A stretch of DNA of 64,000 nt from Fimbriimonadales bacterium. GTDB taxonomy: Bacteria > Armatimonadota > Fimbriimonadia > Fimbriimonadales > GBS-DC. Position 1 is the stretch's first letter; each line of letters begins with the position of its first letter. The notes beneath the pieces were generated by a model, which was given only the letters and a program-made list of their open reading frames with translations, was not told where the DNA came from and did no database searches. Both the position numbers and the translations under genes were made by a program. The DNA is taken from contig BPGO01000003.1 in the NCBI GenBank assembly GCA_026003075.1, positions 259,971 to 323,970 of the forward strand, read 5' to 3'. This document shows positions 1 to 10,789 of the stretch, in pieces.

Positions 1-897
1 GCGAGCTGACAGGTATCGAGCGCGAGGCGCCCATCGTGGCGTCCGTGCAGGAGGCGATGGCATACCGTCCGGATGTGTTGGTCATCGGGATTGCTCCTCC
101 TGGAGGGCGCGCTACCGCCAGATCTGTGGCGGGAGGTGCGCACCGCCGTACTGGCAGGGCTGAACCTGGTGAACGGCTTGCACGCCCCGCTTGCCAAGCA
201 TCCCGACCTGGAGCCGTTCCTGCACAGTTGCCAGTGGATTTGGGATGTGCGCAAGGAGCCGCCCGGCTTGGGAGTCGGTTCAGGCAAGGCACGCCACCTC
301 CCCTGCAAGCGCGTGCTGACCGTCGGCACCGACATGGCAGTCGGCAAGATGACCGTGAGTTTGGAGATGCATCGCGCCTGCCTGCAACAGGGTATCCGTT
401 CGCGTTTCCTGGCGACGGGGCAAACCGGGATTATGATTGAAGGCAGTGGCGTGCCGCTCGACGCCGTGCGCGTGGATTTCGCGTCGGGCGCAGTCGAAAA
501 GTTCGTATGCGAACTGGCGGAAGATGCTGAGATAATCCACATTGAGGGGCAGGGCGCGCTGACCAACCCCGCCTCTACGGCGACGCTGCCCCTGCTGCGC
601 GGGGCACAGCCGACCCACCTGATTTTAGTCCATCGCGCGGGGCAGAGCCATATCCGCACCTTCCCCGATGTGCCTATTCCCCCCTTGCCTGAAGTGATTC
701 GTATTTACGAAGAAGTGGCCGCAATGGGCGGCGCGTTTTATCCCTCGAAAGTAGTCGCTGTCGCGCTCAACACGGCGCACCTGAGCGAGTCCGAGGCGCG
801 AGAGGCAATTCAGCAGGTGGAAGCCGAAACAAAATTGCCCTGCACCGACCCTGTACGGTTCGGCGCAGGGCAGCTATTACATGCGATAAATGGGTAG
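1..897 (+). CDS. DUF1611 family P-loop protein, 5'-partial, apparent frameshift near 105
   Basis: VLVIGIAPPGG (frame of ORF 36..440) continues as LPPDLWREV...NGLH...VGTDMAVGKMT...ATGQTG...IEGQG (ORF 73..897); removing one G from 'ggagggcgcg' joins the frames. Confidence 0.85.
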
Positions 898-909
898 GAG
901 TGCAAAGAC

Positions 910-1233
910 TTACAGGTGCTTCGCGATTTTTTGCTCAATCGCGGCTTTGGGCAACGCGCCCACGATCTGCTCCACAACTTGACCGTTTTTGAACAGCAAC
1001 AGCGTCGGGATGCTCATAATGCCGTACTGCATCGCCAGATGTTGCTCCTGATCCACATCCACTTTGAACACTTTCAGTTTGCCTTCATACTGTTTCGCCA
1101 GCTCCTCCACAATCGGCGCGATGAGGCGGCACGGACCGCACCAGACCGCCCAGAAGTCCACAAGCACGGGGATCGGCGAGTTGAGAACTTCCGTTTGCCA
1201 TTCGCTCTGAGTGATAGCCTTCGCCATAAGCAT
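910..1233 (-). CDS. trxA: Thioredoxin
   Basis: DFWAVWCGPC active site, SIPTLLLFKNG, 107 aa. Confidence 0.97.
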   Translation of the reverse strand: MLMAKAITQSEWQTEVLNSPIPVLVDFWAVWCGPCRLIAPIVEELAKQYEGKLKVFKVDVDQEQHLAMQYGIMSIPTLLLFKNGQVVEQIVGALPKAAIEQKIAKHL

Positions 1234-1264
1234 AGCCTCCTTAGATAAGGTAGTTTAGTATACC

Positions 1265-2104
1265 CTATAGGCTGGTTGAGCGCAACGCTGCTTCCAGCGC
1301 GGTAGCAGCGTCGGTGCGTTCATCGCGATATTTCACGATAATGGGGGTGTAGAGATGGACGCCATACTGTTGCGCGAACGCTCCCGACGCAGGTCGGCTG
1401 CCCGCGACCACCACTGCGTTTTCGGGCACGATCAGGGGCAGTTCGCCTTCGGCGCGGATGACTCGCTCGTTTACAAGGTCGTAAAGCGGCGTGGAGCGCG
1501 TCAGGATAACCCCCGCCCCAATCACCGCACGCCTTTTGACCACTGTGCCTTCGAACACACCCGAGCAACCGCCAATCAGCACATCGTCTTCGATAATCAC
1601 GGGAAGCGCCCCCACAGGCTCCAGCACACCGCCAATCTGACAGCCTGCGCTCAGGTGCACCCGCGCGCCAATCTGGGCGCAGGAGCCGACCAGCACATGG
1701 GAGTCCAGCATCGTGTTCTCGCCCACATAGGCTCCCACATTCACATAGGTTGGGGGCATCACCACCACGCCTGCCCGCAGGCATGCGCCGCGCCGCACAC
1801 TGGTTCCCCCAGGCACGATCCGCACACCGTCGGTTAGGGCAAACGCACGCGGCGGATACAGATGCCGATCCAGAAACTCCACCCCGCCCCAAGGCATCGG
1901 TACTAACTTGCCCAGCCGAAAGCCGAGCAGGATCCCTTGCTTGACCCACGCATTCACGCGCCACCCTGTTGGGCTGTGGGGGTCAGGCTCTGCGGCGCGC
2001 GCAACGCCGTGCTCTAACGCCTCAAGAAGCTCGTCAATCAGCGATTCGGTCGCCTCGCCAGTGGCGTAGGCGTGCGCGATTCTGTGTGCTAAGCTGCTGT
2101 GCAT
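1265..2104 (-). CDS. dapD: Tetrahydrodipicolinate N-succinyltransferase
   Basis: [21 protein letters not shown], hexapeptide repeats, IGGVLEP. Confidence 0.93.
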   Translation of the reverse strand: MHSSLAHRIAHAYATGEATESLIDELLEALEHGVARAAEPDPHSPTGWRVNAWVKQGILLGFRLGKLVPMPWGGVEFLDRHLYPPRAFALTDGVRIVPGGTSVRRGACLRAGVVVMPPTYVNVGAYVGENTMLDSHVLVGSCAQIGARVHLSAGCQIGGVLEPVGALPVIIEDDVLIGGCSGVFEGTVVKRRAVIGAGVILTRSTPLYDLVNERVIRAEGELPLIVPENAVVVAGSRPASGAFAQQYGVHLYTPIIVKYRDERTDAATALEAALRSTSL

Positions 2105-2157
2105 ATGCGTAGAGATTCGACACGCAGTGCAGAATCCTATTCCGCCGCCTCACGACG

Positions 2158-3453
2158 CTAAGAGACTCCTTCGCTCACCACCTCTCCCAGCACACCGTCC
2201 GCGGCGAGGTCGGTAATCCGCACCTGCACCAGTTGCCCCGCGAGCGTGGGCGAGGCAGCGAACTCCACCTGGAGGTAGTGGTCGCTTGTACCCGTCATCA
2301 AGCCCGAAAGTTTGGATCGGCTCTCCACCAGCACGCGCTCCACTTTACCGAGAAAGCGTGTGGCGTAGCGGCGCGCCGCCTCTTTGCAGACCTGCTGCAG
2401 TCGCTGAATCCGCTCCGACTTTACCGTATCGGGCACATGGTCGGGCATCGCTTCCGCGGGTGTGCCCGGACGCGGCGAGTAGCGAAACAGGTGCGCCCGA
2501 CAGAACTCGACCTGCTCCACGACCGAACAGGTGTTCTGAAACGCTGACTCATCCTCGCCCGGAAAGCCCACCATAATATCCGTGCTGACGCCGCAATCGG
2601 GAATACGGGCACGCAGACGGCGAATCAGATCGAGATAGAACGCCTGGTCGTAGGGACGATTCATCGCCTTGAGAATCCGCGAGTCGCCGCTCTGGAGCGG
2701 GATGTGGAGCTGTGGGCACATTTTGGGATTCTCGGCAATCAGGTCGATCAGGTCGTCGCGAATCAGGGTCGGCTCGATGGAACTAATGCGGATGCGCTCC
2801 AGCCCCTCAATCGCGCTCAGCATGGCGCATAACTCCGTCAGGTTCGGACCCCCGCTGCCTGTTTCCGCGCTATAATCACCTATCAGCACGCCCGTCAACA
2901 CGATCTCGCGATAGCCGTCTTCGACCATCGCCCGCGCCTCTTCCAATACCTCTTGATAGGGGATGCTGCGCATGACGGGGCGCGTGTAGGGGATGGAACA
3001 GAAACTGCAGTACACATTACAGCCGTCTTGAATTTTCAGCACCGCGCGGCTGCGCCGACGGATAGGAACCTCACCGCGCCGACGCGCCTGTTCCAACGCG
3101 GTCTTGAAGTGGGGGAAACGCTCCAGAAGGTACTCCACGGTGCGCAGTTTGTCGGGGTTCGGCACCACGAGGTGCGCCTCGTCCAGCTGCTCCCCGCGTC
3201 GGAGGGTGAACTGCGCGTAGCAACCCGTCATCACCACAATGGCGTCGGGGTTCTGACGCGCGGCGCGGCGGAGGGTCTGGCGCGACTTCGCCTCCGCCGA
3301 CTGCGTCACGGAGCAGGTGTTGATCACATACACATCCGCAGGCGCGTCAAACGGCACGATTTCGAAGCCCTGCGCCTCGAAACTCTCCAGAATCTTCTGC
3401 GTCTCGTACTGGTTGACCTTGCACCCCAGCGTCGTAAAGGCAGCGGTCGGCAT
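2158..3453 (-). CDS. mtaB: tRNA t6A37 methylthiotransferase (radical SAM)
   Basis: TLGCKVNQYET, NTCSVT, KIQDGCNVYCSFC, C-terminal TRAM-like domain; start set at MPTAAF. Confidence 0.92.
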   Translation of the reverse strand: MPTAAFTTLGCKVNQYETQKILESFEAQGFEIVPFDAPADVYVINTCSVTQSAEAKSRQTLRRAARQNPDAIVVMTGCYAQFTLRRGEQLDEAHLVVPNPDKLRTVEYLLERFPHFKTALEQARRRGEVPIRRRSRAVLKIQDGCNVYCSFCSIPYTRPVMRSIPYQEVLEEARAMVEDGYREIVLTGVLIGDYSAETGSGGPNLTELCAMLSAIEGLERIRISSIEPTLIRDDLIDLIAENPKMCPQLHIPLQSGDSRILKAMNRPYDQAFYLDLIRRLRARIPDCGVSTDIMVGFPGEDESAFQNTCSVVEQVEFCRAHLFRYSPRPGTPAEAMPDHVPDTVKSERIQRLQQVCKEAARRYATRFLGKVERVLVESRSKLSGLMTGTSDHYLQVEFAASPTLAGQLVQVRITDLAADGVLGEVVSEGVS

Positions 3454-3553
3454 GACAAGCGAATTGTACCTCACGGGGAAATTCGCTCCTCCCGCCAATT
3501 CCGGCAGCCGCGTCGCTTTTCAGGTACAATCGATTGCGTAAGGAGGCTATCTT

Positions 3554-4771
3554 ATGGATTTCACGCTTTCTGAAGAGCACCTGATGGTGCGCGACACGGT
3601 ACGACGCTTTGTAGAAAACGAAATAAAACCCCATATTCGCGAATGGGATCGGCATGGCGCCGACCCCAAGGTGTATCAGCGCATGGCAGAACTCGGCTTG
3701 CTGGGGATCTGTGTCCCCCGCAAGTGGGGCGGCTCCGGGCTGGACTACATCGCGCTGGGAATCGCGTGCGAGGAACTGGAGTACGGCGATACCTTCTTGC
3801 GCGTGGTGATGTCGGTACATGTCGGCTTGACTGCGATGACCCTGATGGCATGGGGCAACGAGGAGCAGAAAAAGCGTTTTCTCATCCCCCAGGCGCGGGG
3901 GGAACGACTTGGCGCGTTCTGTCTGACCGAGCCGAACGCGGGCAGCGATGTGGTCGGCATGCAGTCCGTCGCGCGGCGCGAGGGCGACCGTTATATCCTC
4001 AACGGCGAGAAAATCTGGATTTCGCTTGCCGAAGTGGCGGACCAGTATCTGGTGGTGGCGTGGACCGATTTGGACAAAAAAGCGAAGCGCGACCATTCGG
4101 GCATGAGCGCGTTCTTCGTGGAGCGCGAGCGCCCTGGCGTAAAACCCTATACCCTGAAAGGGAAACTCGGGGTGCGCGCGGGCAACACAGGCGGCGTGGT
4201 GTTCGAAAATGTGGAAATCCCCGTCGAGAACCGCATCGGCGAGGAGGGCGAGGGCTTCAAAATCGCCATGTTCGCGCTGGATCAAGGGCGCTATACCGTC
4301 GCGGCGGGCGCAGCGGGGCTAATCCGCGCCTGTCTGGACGAATCGGTGCGCTACGCCAAAGAGCGCAAAACCTTCGGCAAGCCCTTAGCAGAACATCAAC
4401 TCATCAAGCAGAAAATCGCGCAGATGGAAGCCGACTACCAGATTAGCACGCTGCTCTATCAGAAGGTCGGCTGGATGAAGAATGTCGGCTTACGCAATAC
4501 GCGCGAAACCTCGCTGGCGAAGTGGTACAGCACCGAAGCGGCACAACGCGCTGCCAACGCCGCCGTGCAAGTCTTCGGCTCCTATGGCTTCTCCGACGAG
4601 TACCCCGTGGAGCGCTTCTACCGCAACAGCAAGGGCGCGACCATCTACGAGGGTACTTCGGAAATCCATACCCTGCTGCAGGCAGACTACGCGCTGGGCT
4701 ATCGTGTGGATAAACCCTTGCGTGTCAATCTCCCGACCTATCCGTTTGCCGAGGACGCGGAAGGCGGATAA
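3554..4771 (+). CDS. Acyl-CoA dehydrogenase
   Basis: FCLTEPNAGSD, LNGEKIWIS, RKTFGKPL, IYEGTSEI. Confidence 0.95.
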   Translation: MDFTLSEEHLMVRDTVRRFVENEIKPHIREWDRHGADPKVYQRMAELGLLGICVPRKWGGSGLDYIALGIACEELEYGDTFLRVVMSVHVGLTAMTLMAWGNEEQKKRFLIPQARGERLGAFCLTEPNAGSDVVGMQSVARREGDRYILNGEKIWISLAEVADQYLVVAWTDLDKKAKRDHSGMSAFFVERERPGVKPYTLKGKLGVRAGNTGGVVFENVEIPVENRIGEEGEGFKIAMFALDQGRYTVAAGAAGLIRACLDESVRYAKERKTFGKPLAEHQLIKQKIAQMEADYQISTLLYQKVGWMKNVGLRNTRETSLAKWYSTEAAQRAANAAVQVFGSYGFSDEYPVERFYRNSKGATIYEGTSEIHTLLQADYALGYRVDKPLRVNLPTYPFAEDAEGG

Positions 4772-4897
4772 TTCTCCGCCCCCTCACCCCTTGCACGAGG
4801 CGCCCGATGCGGGCGGGAGGAGGGGCTCGAACCGCCGCCCGGCTCCAAATAGGGCGGCGAGAGTCCGCTTCAGGTACACTCTATCGGAGGCTGTGCA

Positions 4898-6301
4898 ATG
4901 AGCATTCGAATCGAGCGAGACGCTTTAGGAGAGCGCGAACTGCCCGCGGATGTCTATTGGGGTTTACAAACGCTGCGGGCGCAGGAGAATTTCCCGATTA
5001 GTGGCATCACGGAACCCCCACTGATGATTGACGCCTATGTACTGCTGAAAAAAGCGGCGGCGCAGGCGAACACGGAACTGGGCTTACTGCCCGAACATGT
5101 GGGGCGCGCGATTATGCAAGCCGCCGACGAAATCCTGCAGGGCAAACTGCGCGACCAGTTCCCCACCGACATCTTCCATCAGGGGGCGGGCACTTCGTTC
5201 CACATGAATGTGAACGAGGTGCTGGCGAACCGCGCCATCGAGATTTTGGGCGGTCAAAAAGGCGACTACACGATGGTGAATCCAAACGACCACCCGAACT
5301 TTGGGCAATCCACGAACGACACCTTCCCGACGGCGATGCGCATCGCAACGCGCCTTGCCCTGCGCGAGTTGTTTCCTGCGCTGGACGCGCTCACGGACGC
5401 CTTCGCACAGAAAGGTCGGGAGTTCGACCATGTGCTGAAGTCGGGACGCACGCACTTACAAGACGCCGTGCCGATTCGGTTGGGTCAAGAGTTTGCGGCG
5501 TATGCGGCGACGCTGCGCAAGTGTCGGCGCGTGCTGGAGTTCGCCGCCGAGGCAGTGGAAGAACTCGGCATCGGCGGTAGCGCGGTCGGCACAGGACTGA
5601 ACACCCATCCCCAGTACCGATTCCGCGTGGTGGAACTCCTACGCCAGTGGACGGGCATCCCCTTCCGCCCCGCCGACGACCTGCGCGAGGCGATGCAAAG
5701 CCAGATGCCCATGCAGTTAGTGGGGTCTGCCCTGCGCACGCTCGCGCTGGAACTGACCCGAATCGTGAACGACCTGCGCCTGCTCTCCTCAGGACCGCTT
5801 ACCGGCTTCGCCGAAATCACCCTGCCTGCCGTGCAGCCAGGCAGCAGCATCATGCCCGGCAAGGTGAACCCCAGTATCCCCGAAATGGCGAACATGGTCT
5901 GTTTTCAGGTGATTGGCAACGCGACGACGATCGACTACGCCGTACAAGCAGGACAACTGGAACTGAATGTGATGATGCCCGTGATGGCGTACAACGCTGT
6001 CTTTTCGGTTCAGATTATGACCCACATGATGCGCCAGTTAGACGAGCGATGCGTGCGGGGCATCACTGCGAACGAGGATAAATGTCGCTGGTACGCCGAG
6101 ACCAGTCCCAGCCTCGCCACCGCGCTCAATCCCTATGTGGGCTATGCGACCGCCGCGGAGGTCGTCAAGCAAGCCCTGCGCGAGGGACGCTCGGTCATCG
6201 ATGTCGTGCGGGAGCGCAACTTGCTTACAGAAGAGCAAATCCGCGAGGTGTTCGACCCCTTCAAGATGACCGAACCAGGTATCCCCGGCAAAACCTCGTA
6301 G
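4898..6301 (+). CDS. aspA: Aspartate ammonia-lyase / class II fumarase family
   Basis: GAGTSFHMNVNEV, GRTHLQDAVP, GSSIMPGKVNP; aspA versus fumC not fully resolved. Confidence 0.75.
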   Translation: MSIRIERDALGERELPADVYWGLQTLRAQENFPISGITEPPLMIDAYVLLKKAAAQANTELGLLPEHVGRAIMQAADEILQGKLRDQFPTDIFHQGAGTSFHMNVNEVLANRAIEILGGQKGDYTMVNPNDHPNFGQSTNDTFPTAMRIATRLALRELFPALDALTDAFAQKGREFDHVLKSGRTHLQDAVPIRLGQEFAAYAATLRKCRRVLEFAAEAVEELGIGGSAVGTGLNTHPQYRFRVVELLRQWTGIPFRPADDLREAMQSQMPMQLVGSALRTLALELTRIVNDLRLLSSGPLTGFAEITLPAVQPGSSIMPGKVNPSIPEMANMVCFQVIGNATTIDYAVQAGQLELNVMMPVMAYNAVFSVQIMTHMMRQLDERCVRGITANEDKCRWYAETSPSLATALNPYVGYATAAEVVKQALREGRSVIDVVRERNLLTEEQIREVFDPFKMTEPGIPGKTS

Positions 6302-6327
6302 GGAGCTAATTCGGAGGCGAACAGACA

Positions 6328-7563
6328 ATGGCGTCGGAAATGATTCATTTGGAAGGACATGTGATCGACTCGCTCACACTGTCCAAAGTGCTGGACATCC
6401 TCTCCTCGTATGAGGGCGTGCGCTATGAGGTGCGCCACGCGAAAATCGGGCATACCCGCACGGAGACCAGCCAGTTCGATATCTTGGTCGAGGCGGAAAC
6501 GGAGGAGTTGCTGGAGCGCGTCTTGGAGGCGGTGCAGCAACATGGGGCGTATTTTTCGCACGAAGACGCCCGCTTAGAGCCTGCCCCCAAAGACGGCGTG
6601 TTCCCCGAGGATTTCTACTCCACCACGAATCTGGAGACCTTCGTGCGGGTACATCATCGCTGGGTGCATGTGGAGAACATCGAGATGGACTGTGGCGTGC
6701 GTGTCTGGCATGAGGAGGGACGCTGGCGGGCAGCGACCGTGCCGATGGCGCGAGTTAAACAGGGCGACCTTATCGTCGTGGGACACGAGGGGATTCGCGT
6801 TACGCCCCCTGAACGGCGCGACCCGACCTCGGTCTTCGCCTTTATGGGCAGTGATGTATCGTCGGAGAAACCCAAGGAGCGGGCAGTGCGCGGCGTCGCC
6901 GAAGAGGTGCGCAAAGCCAAAGCGAAGGGCGAGAAGGTGCTGTTCGTGGGCGGGCCCGCGATTATCCACACTGGCGCAGGTCCCTACTTAGAACAACTCA
7001 TTCGCAACGGCTGGATTGATGTGCTGTTTGCGGGGAACGCGCTCGCCGCGCACGATGTCGAGTCGGCACTGTACGGCACTTCGCTGGGGGTGTCGCTCGA
7101 TTTAGGGGCGCCGGTGACTCATGGGCACCAGCATCACATCCGCGCCATCAACAAGATTCGGCTGCTGGGCGGGCTGAAGCAGGCGGTCGAGCAGGGCGTG
7201 CTGACCCGAGGCGTGATGTATACCTGTATCAAGCACAACACGCCCTTTGTGTTGGCGGGCAGCATCCGCGACGACGGACCGCTGCCCGAAGTGATTACCG
7301 ATGTTCTGGAAGCACAGGACGCGATGCGCGCACACATCCCCGGCGTCGGCGTCGCCATTATGGTAGCGACCACGCTCCACTCGGTAGCAACCGGCAATAT
7401 GTTGCCCGCCTCAGTGCGCGTGTTCTGCGTGGACAACGACGCCGACACGGTGATTAAGCTCACCGATCGCGGCACGCACCAGACTTTCCCAATCGTCACC
7501 GACTGCCACTTCTTTATGAAAGAGTTGGCGCTACATCTGGTGGAGCCATTTCGGCGGAGTTAG
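6328..7563 (+). CDS. TIGR00300 family (LOR/SDH-like) protein
   Basis: LEGHVIDS, FYSTTN, EMDC, FMGSDVSSEKP, GNALAAHD, LAGSIRDDGPLP, HSVATGN. Confidence 0.88.
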   Translation: MASEMIHLEGHVIDSLTLSKVLDILSSYEGVRYEVRHAKIGHTRTETSQFDILVEAETEELLERVLEAVQQHGAYFSHEDARLEPAPKDGVFPEDFYSTTNLETFVRVHHRWVHVENIEMDCGVRVWHEEGRWRAATVPMARVKQGDLIVVGHEGIRVTPPERRDPTSVFAFMGSDVSSEKPKERAVRGVAEEVRKAKAKGEKVLFVGGPAIIHTGAGPYLEQLIRNGWIDVLFAGNALAAHDVESALYGTSLGVSLDLGAPVTHGHQHHIRAINKIRLLGGLKQAVEQGVLTRGVMYTCIKHNTPFVLAGSIRDDGPLPEVITDVLEAQDAMRAHIPGVGVAIMVATTLHSVATGNMLPASVRVFCVDNDADTVIKLTDRGTHQTFPIVTDCHFFMKELALHLVEPFRRS

Positions 7564-7808
7564 CGCGTCGCTGGTGGCTGGGGCTGTTGTGGTGCGCTCA
7601 TGCGCCGTCGCAGCTCGCTAATCGCCGCCGCCTTCGCCTGCGGTGGCATGTTCGGGTCGTTTTGAATCTGCTGGATGCGCTTTTCCAACTCGTTTGGGTC
7701 AGGCTGCACGAACTGCGGCTGCGTGCTGCGGTACGAGAAGAAGAAGATAATCGCCGCCGCTAAGATGAGTGTAATCGCGACAATCGCCAATTTGGTTTCC
7801 CGGTTCAT
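7560..7808 (-). CDS. Small single-pass membrane protein downstream of a prepilin-like gene
   Basis: N-terminal hydrophobic helix, Q/P-rich tail, GGAGG upstream. Confidence 0.7.
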   Translation of the reverse strand: MNRETKLAIVAITLILAAAIIFFFSYRSTQPQFVQPDPNELEKRIQQIQNDPNMPPQAKAAAISELRRRMSAPQQPQPPATR

Positions 7809-7897
7809 CAGTCCCTCCTGCGTGGATAGGGCAGGCAGTTCCTCGCCTCACACTCCCGTGCCATTTCGCGAGGAAGCGCCTACCCGTCTCTATCGTT

Positions 7898-8728
7898 TTA
7901 GTAAGGATACCACCCTTCCGCTGTCCATTGGGCGGGCAAGCCGACGGGGATGTAGATGTTCTTGAACCAGAGGATTTTGCCCCGCGCCATGCCCTTGGCA
8001 TGCCCGTCGAAGAACGCGGTGTTCGCCACGCGGTTGTGTCGGTAGCGCGGGAGCATGCCACAGCCTGCCCATGTGCCGTTCCCGCTGGGCGTATAGTCGC
8101 AATCGCGCTCCAGAGCGATGCGCGCGTTATCGGTGGCGCCACGCGGGTTGCCTACGGAGTCTGCCCAGTCCCACTGCCAAGTGCCGAAGTAAGGCCAACC
8201 CCAAGTCGCGTCGTTCACGCCCGTTTCGACCATCATCACTTTTTCAGCGGGCGTGTCAATCGCTGCGATCGAAGTGGCACGATGGCGAGCATCGATCTGC
8301 GAGCCGGGCACACAACAGTTCCAGAAGTCGGGGAACACATCGTAGTGGACTCCGTACTGTCCGTTCTGCTGGGGAGCAGGATAACTGGGACAACTGAAGA
8401 TCCCCTCAATGCCCGGATACCACCGGAAGTTCGGGTTCATCCAGTGCGTCTCTACGCGACCACTCTTGACATACGGATAAATCATGCCCGTCCACAGCAT
8501 CTGCGGGATGTTCGTGTTGCCGCCTCCGTACTGGGACATCGGGAAGAACTCGTCGAAGTCTTGTAGGTACTGCATAATTCCAAGACCGATCTGCTTCGTG
8601 TTTGAGAGACAGGTCGTCTGACGCGCTTTTTCACGCGCCTGCGCAAACACAGGGAACAAAATCGCCGCTAAAATGGCGATAATCGCGATGACCACTAACA
8701 GCTCAATCAGCGTAAATCCACGCTTCAT
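7898..8728 (-). CDS. Prepilin-type N-terminal cleavage/methylation protein (DUF1559, H-X9-DG)
   Basis: [33 protein letters not shown]; [14 protein letters not shown]. Confidence 0.93.
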   Translation of the reverse strand: MKRGFTLIELLVVIAIIAILAAILFPVFAQAREKARQTTCLSNTKQIGLGIMQYLQDFDEFFPMSQYGGGNTNIPQMLWTGMIYPYVKSGRVETHWMNPNFRWYPGIEGIFSCPSYPAPQQNGQYGVHYDVFPDFWNCCVPGSQIDARHRATSIAAIDTPAEKVMMVETGVNDATWGWPYFGTWQWDWADSVGNPRGATDNARIALERDCDYTPSGNGTWAGCGMLPRYRHNRVANTAFFDGHAKGMARGKILWFKNIYIPVGLPAQWTAEGWYPY

Positions 8729-8883
8729 TGCAGTCCTCCTTCGCGCTTCGTGCGGCGTTGCCCGTTGAAGCGCTTCAATACCTTAATTATACATCGGCTG
8801 TAGGCCGATTCCTGCTGTTTCCAACGACAGAAAGGGTTAAACCCCCTACAAAAAGGGGTACACCTGAATGTGCGGGCGTCATT

Positions 8884-9513
8884 TCACTTTTCTGTGGGGC
8901 GCTCCATGCGAAACATCGCCTCAGGCGTGGCGCGTACATACCACGACTCGCCCATCCTGCCGATGAAATCCGCGACGAGGTCATCCACGATGCCCTCCGG
9001 TTTGAGCAGATGCTCGGCGATGTGGAAACAGAGAACCTCCCCAATGACATAGTTCGCGGCGACGGGACCAGCGCCGTGAGACACTATCTGGAACAGTTTG
9101 CACTCCATCGCGATAGGGCTTTCGGCAACGCGCGGCGGCCGCACATAGAGCGACGGGGCACGAGTCAAGCCCACCTGTTCAAACTCGCACACACCGTAGT
9201 CGTACTCGAATGAGGTCTGGTTCATCTTCTCCGCGAGCCAGTAGGGCGCGAGGTTGACCACGAACTCGCCCGTCGCCTGCACATTACGCAGCGTGTCCTT
9301 CGGGCGCCCGTCGCGAAAGTTGGTACAAGAGAAGACGATGGAGACGGGGTTCGCGCCGCCAGCGTTGAAGAAGCTGAACGGCGCGAGATTCGTGCAGCCG
9401 TCGGGCGCGCAGGTACTGACCCAAGCAATGGGGCGCGGTGCAACACAGCTAATCAATAGCGCATAAGCGTCGCGTACATTCATCTCCGAAGGCACGAAAG
9501 TCCGAGTCAACAT
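8884..9513 (-). CDS. Flavin reductase-like family protein
   Basis: PRPIAWVST, NLAPFSFFN, KDTLRN..TGEFVVN, VAESPIAMEC. Confidence 0.9.
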   Translation of the reverse strand: MLTRTFVPSEMNVRDAYALLISCVAPRPIAWVSTCAPDGCTNLAPFSFFNAGGANPVSIVFSCTNFRDGRPKDTLRNVQATGEFVVNLAPYWLAEKMNQTSFEYDYGVCEFEQVGLTRAPSLYVRPPRVAESPIAMECKLFQIVSHGAGPVAANYVIGEVLCFHIAEHLLKPEGIVDDLVADFIGRMGESWYVRATPEAMFRMERPTEK

Positions 9514-9565
9514 CGCCTAAAGGATACCCCACCCAGGCGAGGGCGATTTCGGTTATAATATCCCT

Positions 9566-10789
9566 ATGACGCGGAAACGGTTGCGAGCAGGCGCAGCGAA
9601 GGTAGACATCACTCCCGACATCAAAAAGATACGCATCCAACTGGGGGGCTACGGCGCACGGCTGAATATGCCCCCCACGGGCGTCCACGACCCTATCTAT
9701 GCGCGCGCGCTTGCGCTGGAAACCACGCATCAGCAGGTGGTGATTGTGGCGACAGACCTTTTGCTAATTCCTTGGAGCCTGACGCGCAATGTACTGCAGG
9801 CGACTGGGCTGAAGCCAGAGCAACTGTTTATCGCGGCGAGCCATACCCACTGTGCGCCCGATGCGATGGGGCTGAACGAGCGGATGCGCTTCCCTTTACC
9901 AGGGGTGGGTACATTTATTCCGGAGTTTTTACAGTTCATGACGGAGCGCGTTGTGCAAGCCATCCAGCAGGCGCAACGCGCCATGAAGTCGGCGACGCTG
10001 TCGGTGCATGCGGCGGCGTTGCCCAACCTGAACCGCAACCGTCGCGGGCGGCGACTGGTAGACCCCACGATGACTGTCGCGAGGCTGGACAACACGCAGG
10101 GCAAGCCGTTCGCTGCGTTGGTGGTGTACGCAGCGCACCCCACCATCTACCCCCACACAATGATGGAGGTCTCCGCCGAGTTTCCGGGGGTGCTGCAGAA
10201 CACGCTGGAGCGTGCGCTGGGGCGCGGCGCGGTCGCCTTGTATCTGAATGGAGCGCAGGGCGATGTGTCGCCAGTGGCCGACACTGGCAAGGACGACCAC
10301 GAGCGCGTGCAGCGGTATGGGGCGCAACTCGCTGCGCATGCGCAACGCCTGCTGCGCAACGCGAAGGCGGACTCGGCGGGGCTGCGCTGCCGTCAGGTGT
10401 CGGTGCGCCTACCCGAAGCCCAACCCCATCCCGCGTTTCAAGAGTCGGCAGGGCGCGAATACAAAGTGCCCGAAGCGCTGCTCCAGCAGCTGACGAAGCA
10501 ACTGATGCCCGAAACTGCGCCCATTAGCCTCCTCGCGCTGGGCAACCTGTTGCTGGTGGGCTTTCCGGGCGAGCCGATTAGTTCGCTGGGGCTCCAAGCG
10601 CGTGAGCTTGGGCGCGCGGCAGGCTATGCCTATGTCGCCCCTGTTGCGCTGGTCAACGACTGGATTGGCTATATCCTCACGCGCCACGAGTATCTCTTGG
10701 GCGGCTATGAGGCGACGGTCTCGTTCAACGGTCCCGATGCAGGCGCAGTGGTGATGCAGGGCGTGCGTGAGGGTATAAACGCGCTTTAG
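9566..10789 (+). CDS. Neutral/alkaline ceramidase-like hydrolase
   Basis: AGAAKVDITP, HDPIYARAL, ASHTHCAP, YAAHPT, NGAQGDVSP, GFPGEP, GGYE. Confidence 0.82.
   Translation: MTRKRLRAGAAKVDITPDIKKIRIQLGGYGARLNMPPTGVHDPIYARALALETTHQQVVIVATDLLLIPWSLTRNVLQATGLKPEQLFIAASHTHCAPDAMGLNERMRFPLPGVGTFIPEFLQFMTERVVQAIQQAQRAMKSATLSVHAAALPNLNRNRRGRRLVDPTMTVARLDNTQGKPFAALVVYAAHPTIYPHTMMEVSAEFPGVLQNTLERALGRGAVALYLNGAQGDVSPVADTGKDDHERVQRYGAQLAAHAQRLLRNAKADSAGLRCRQVSVRLPEAQPHPAFQESAGREYKVPEALLQQLTKQLMPETAPISLLALGNLLLVGFPGEPISSLGLQARELGRAAGYAYVAPVALVNDWIGYILTRHEYLLGGYEATVSFNGPDAGAVVMQGVREGINAL

Noticed and set aside
3347-4285. Long antisense or alternate-frame ORFs (also 24545..25345, 36990..37838, 51656..52450, 61242..62075)
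   Set aside because: They shadow well-supported genes and are expected in high-GC DNA; no motifs recognised.
4772-4875. Hairpins with GGGGCTCGAACC as a tRNA or structured ncRNA
   Set aside because: No cloverleaf or recognisable family; best read as terminator-like hairpins before the next promoter (GGTACACT).
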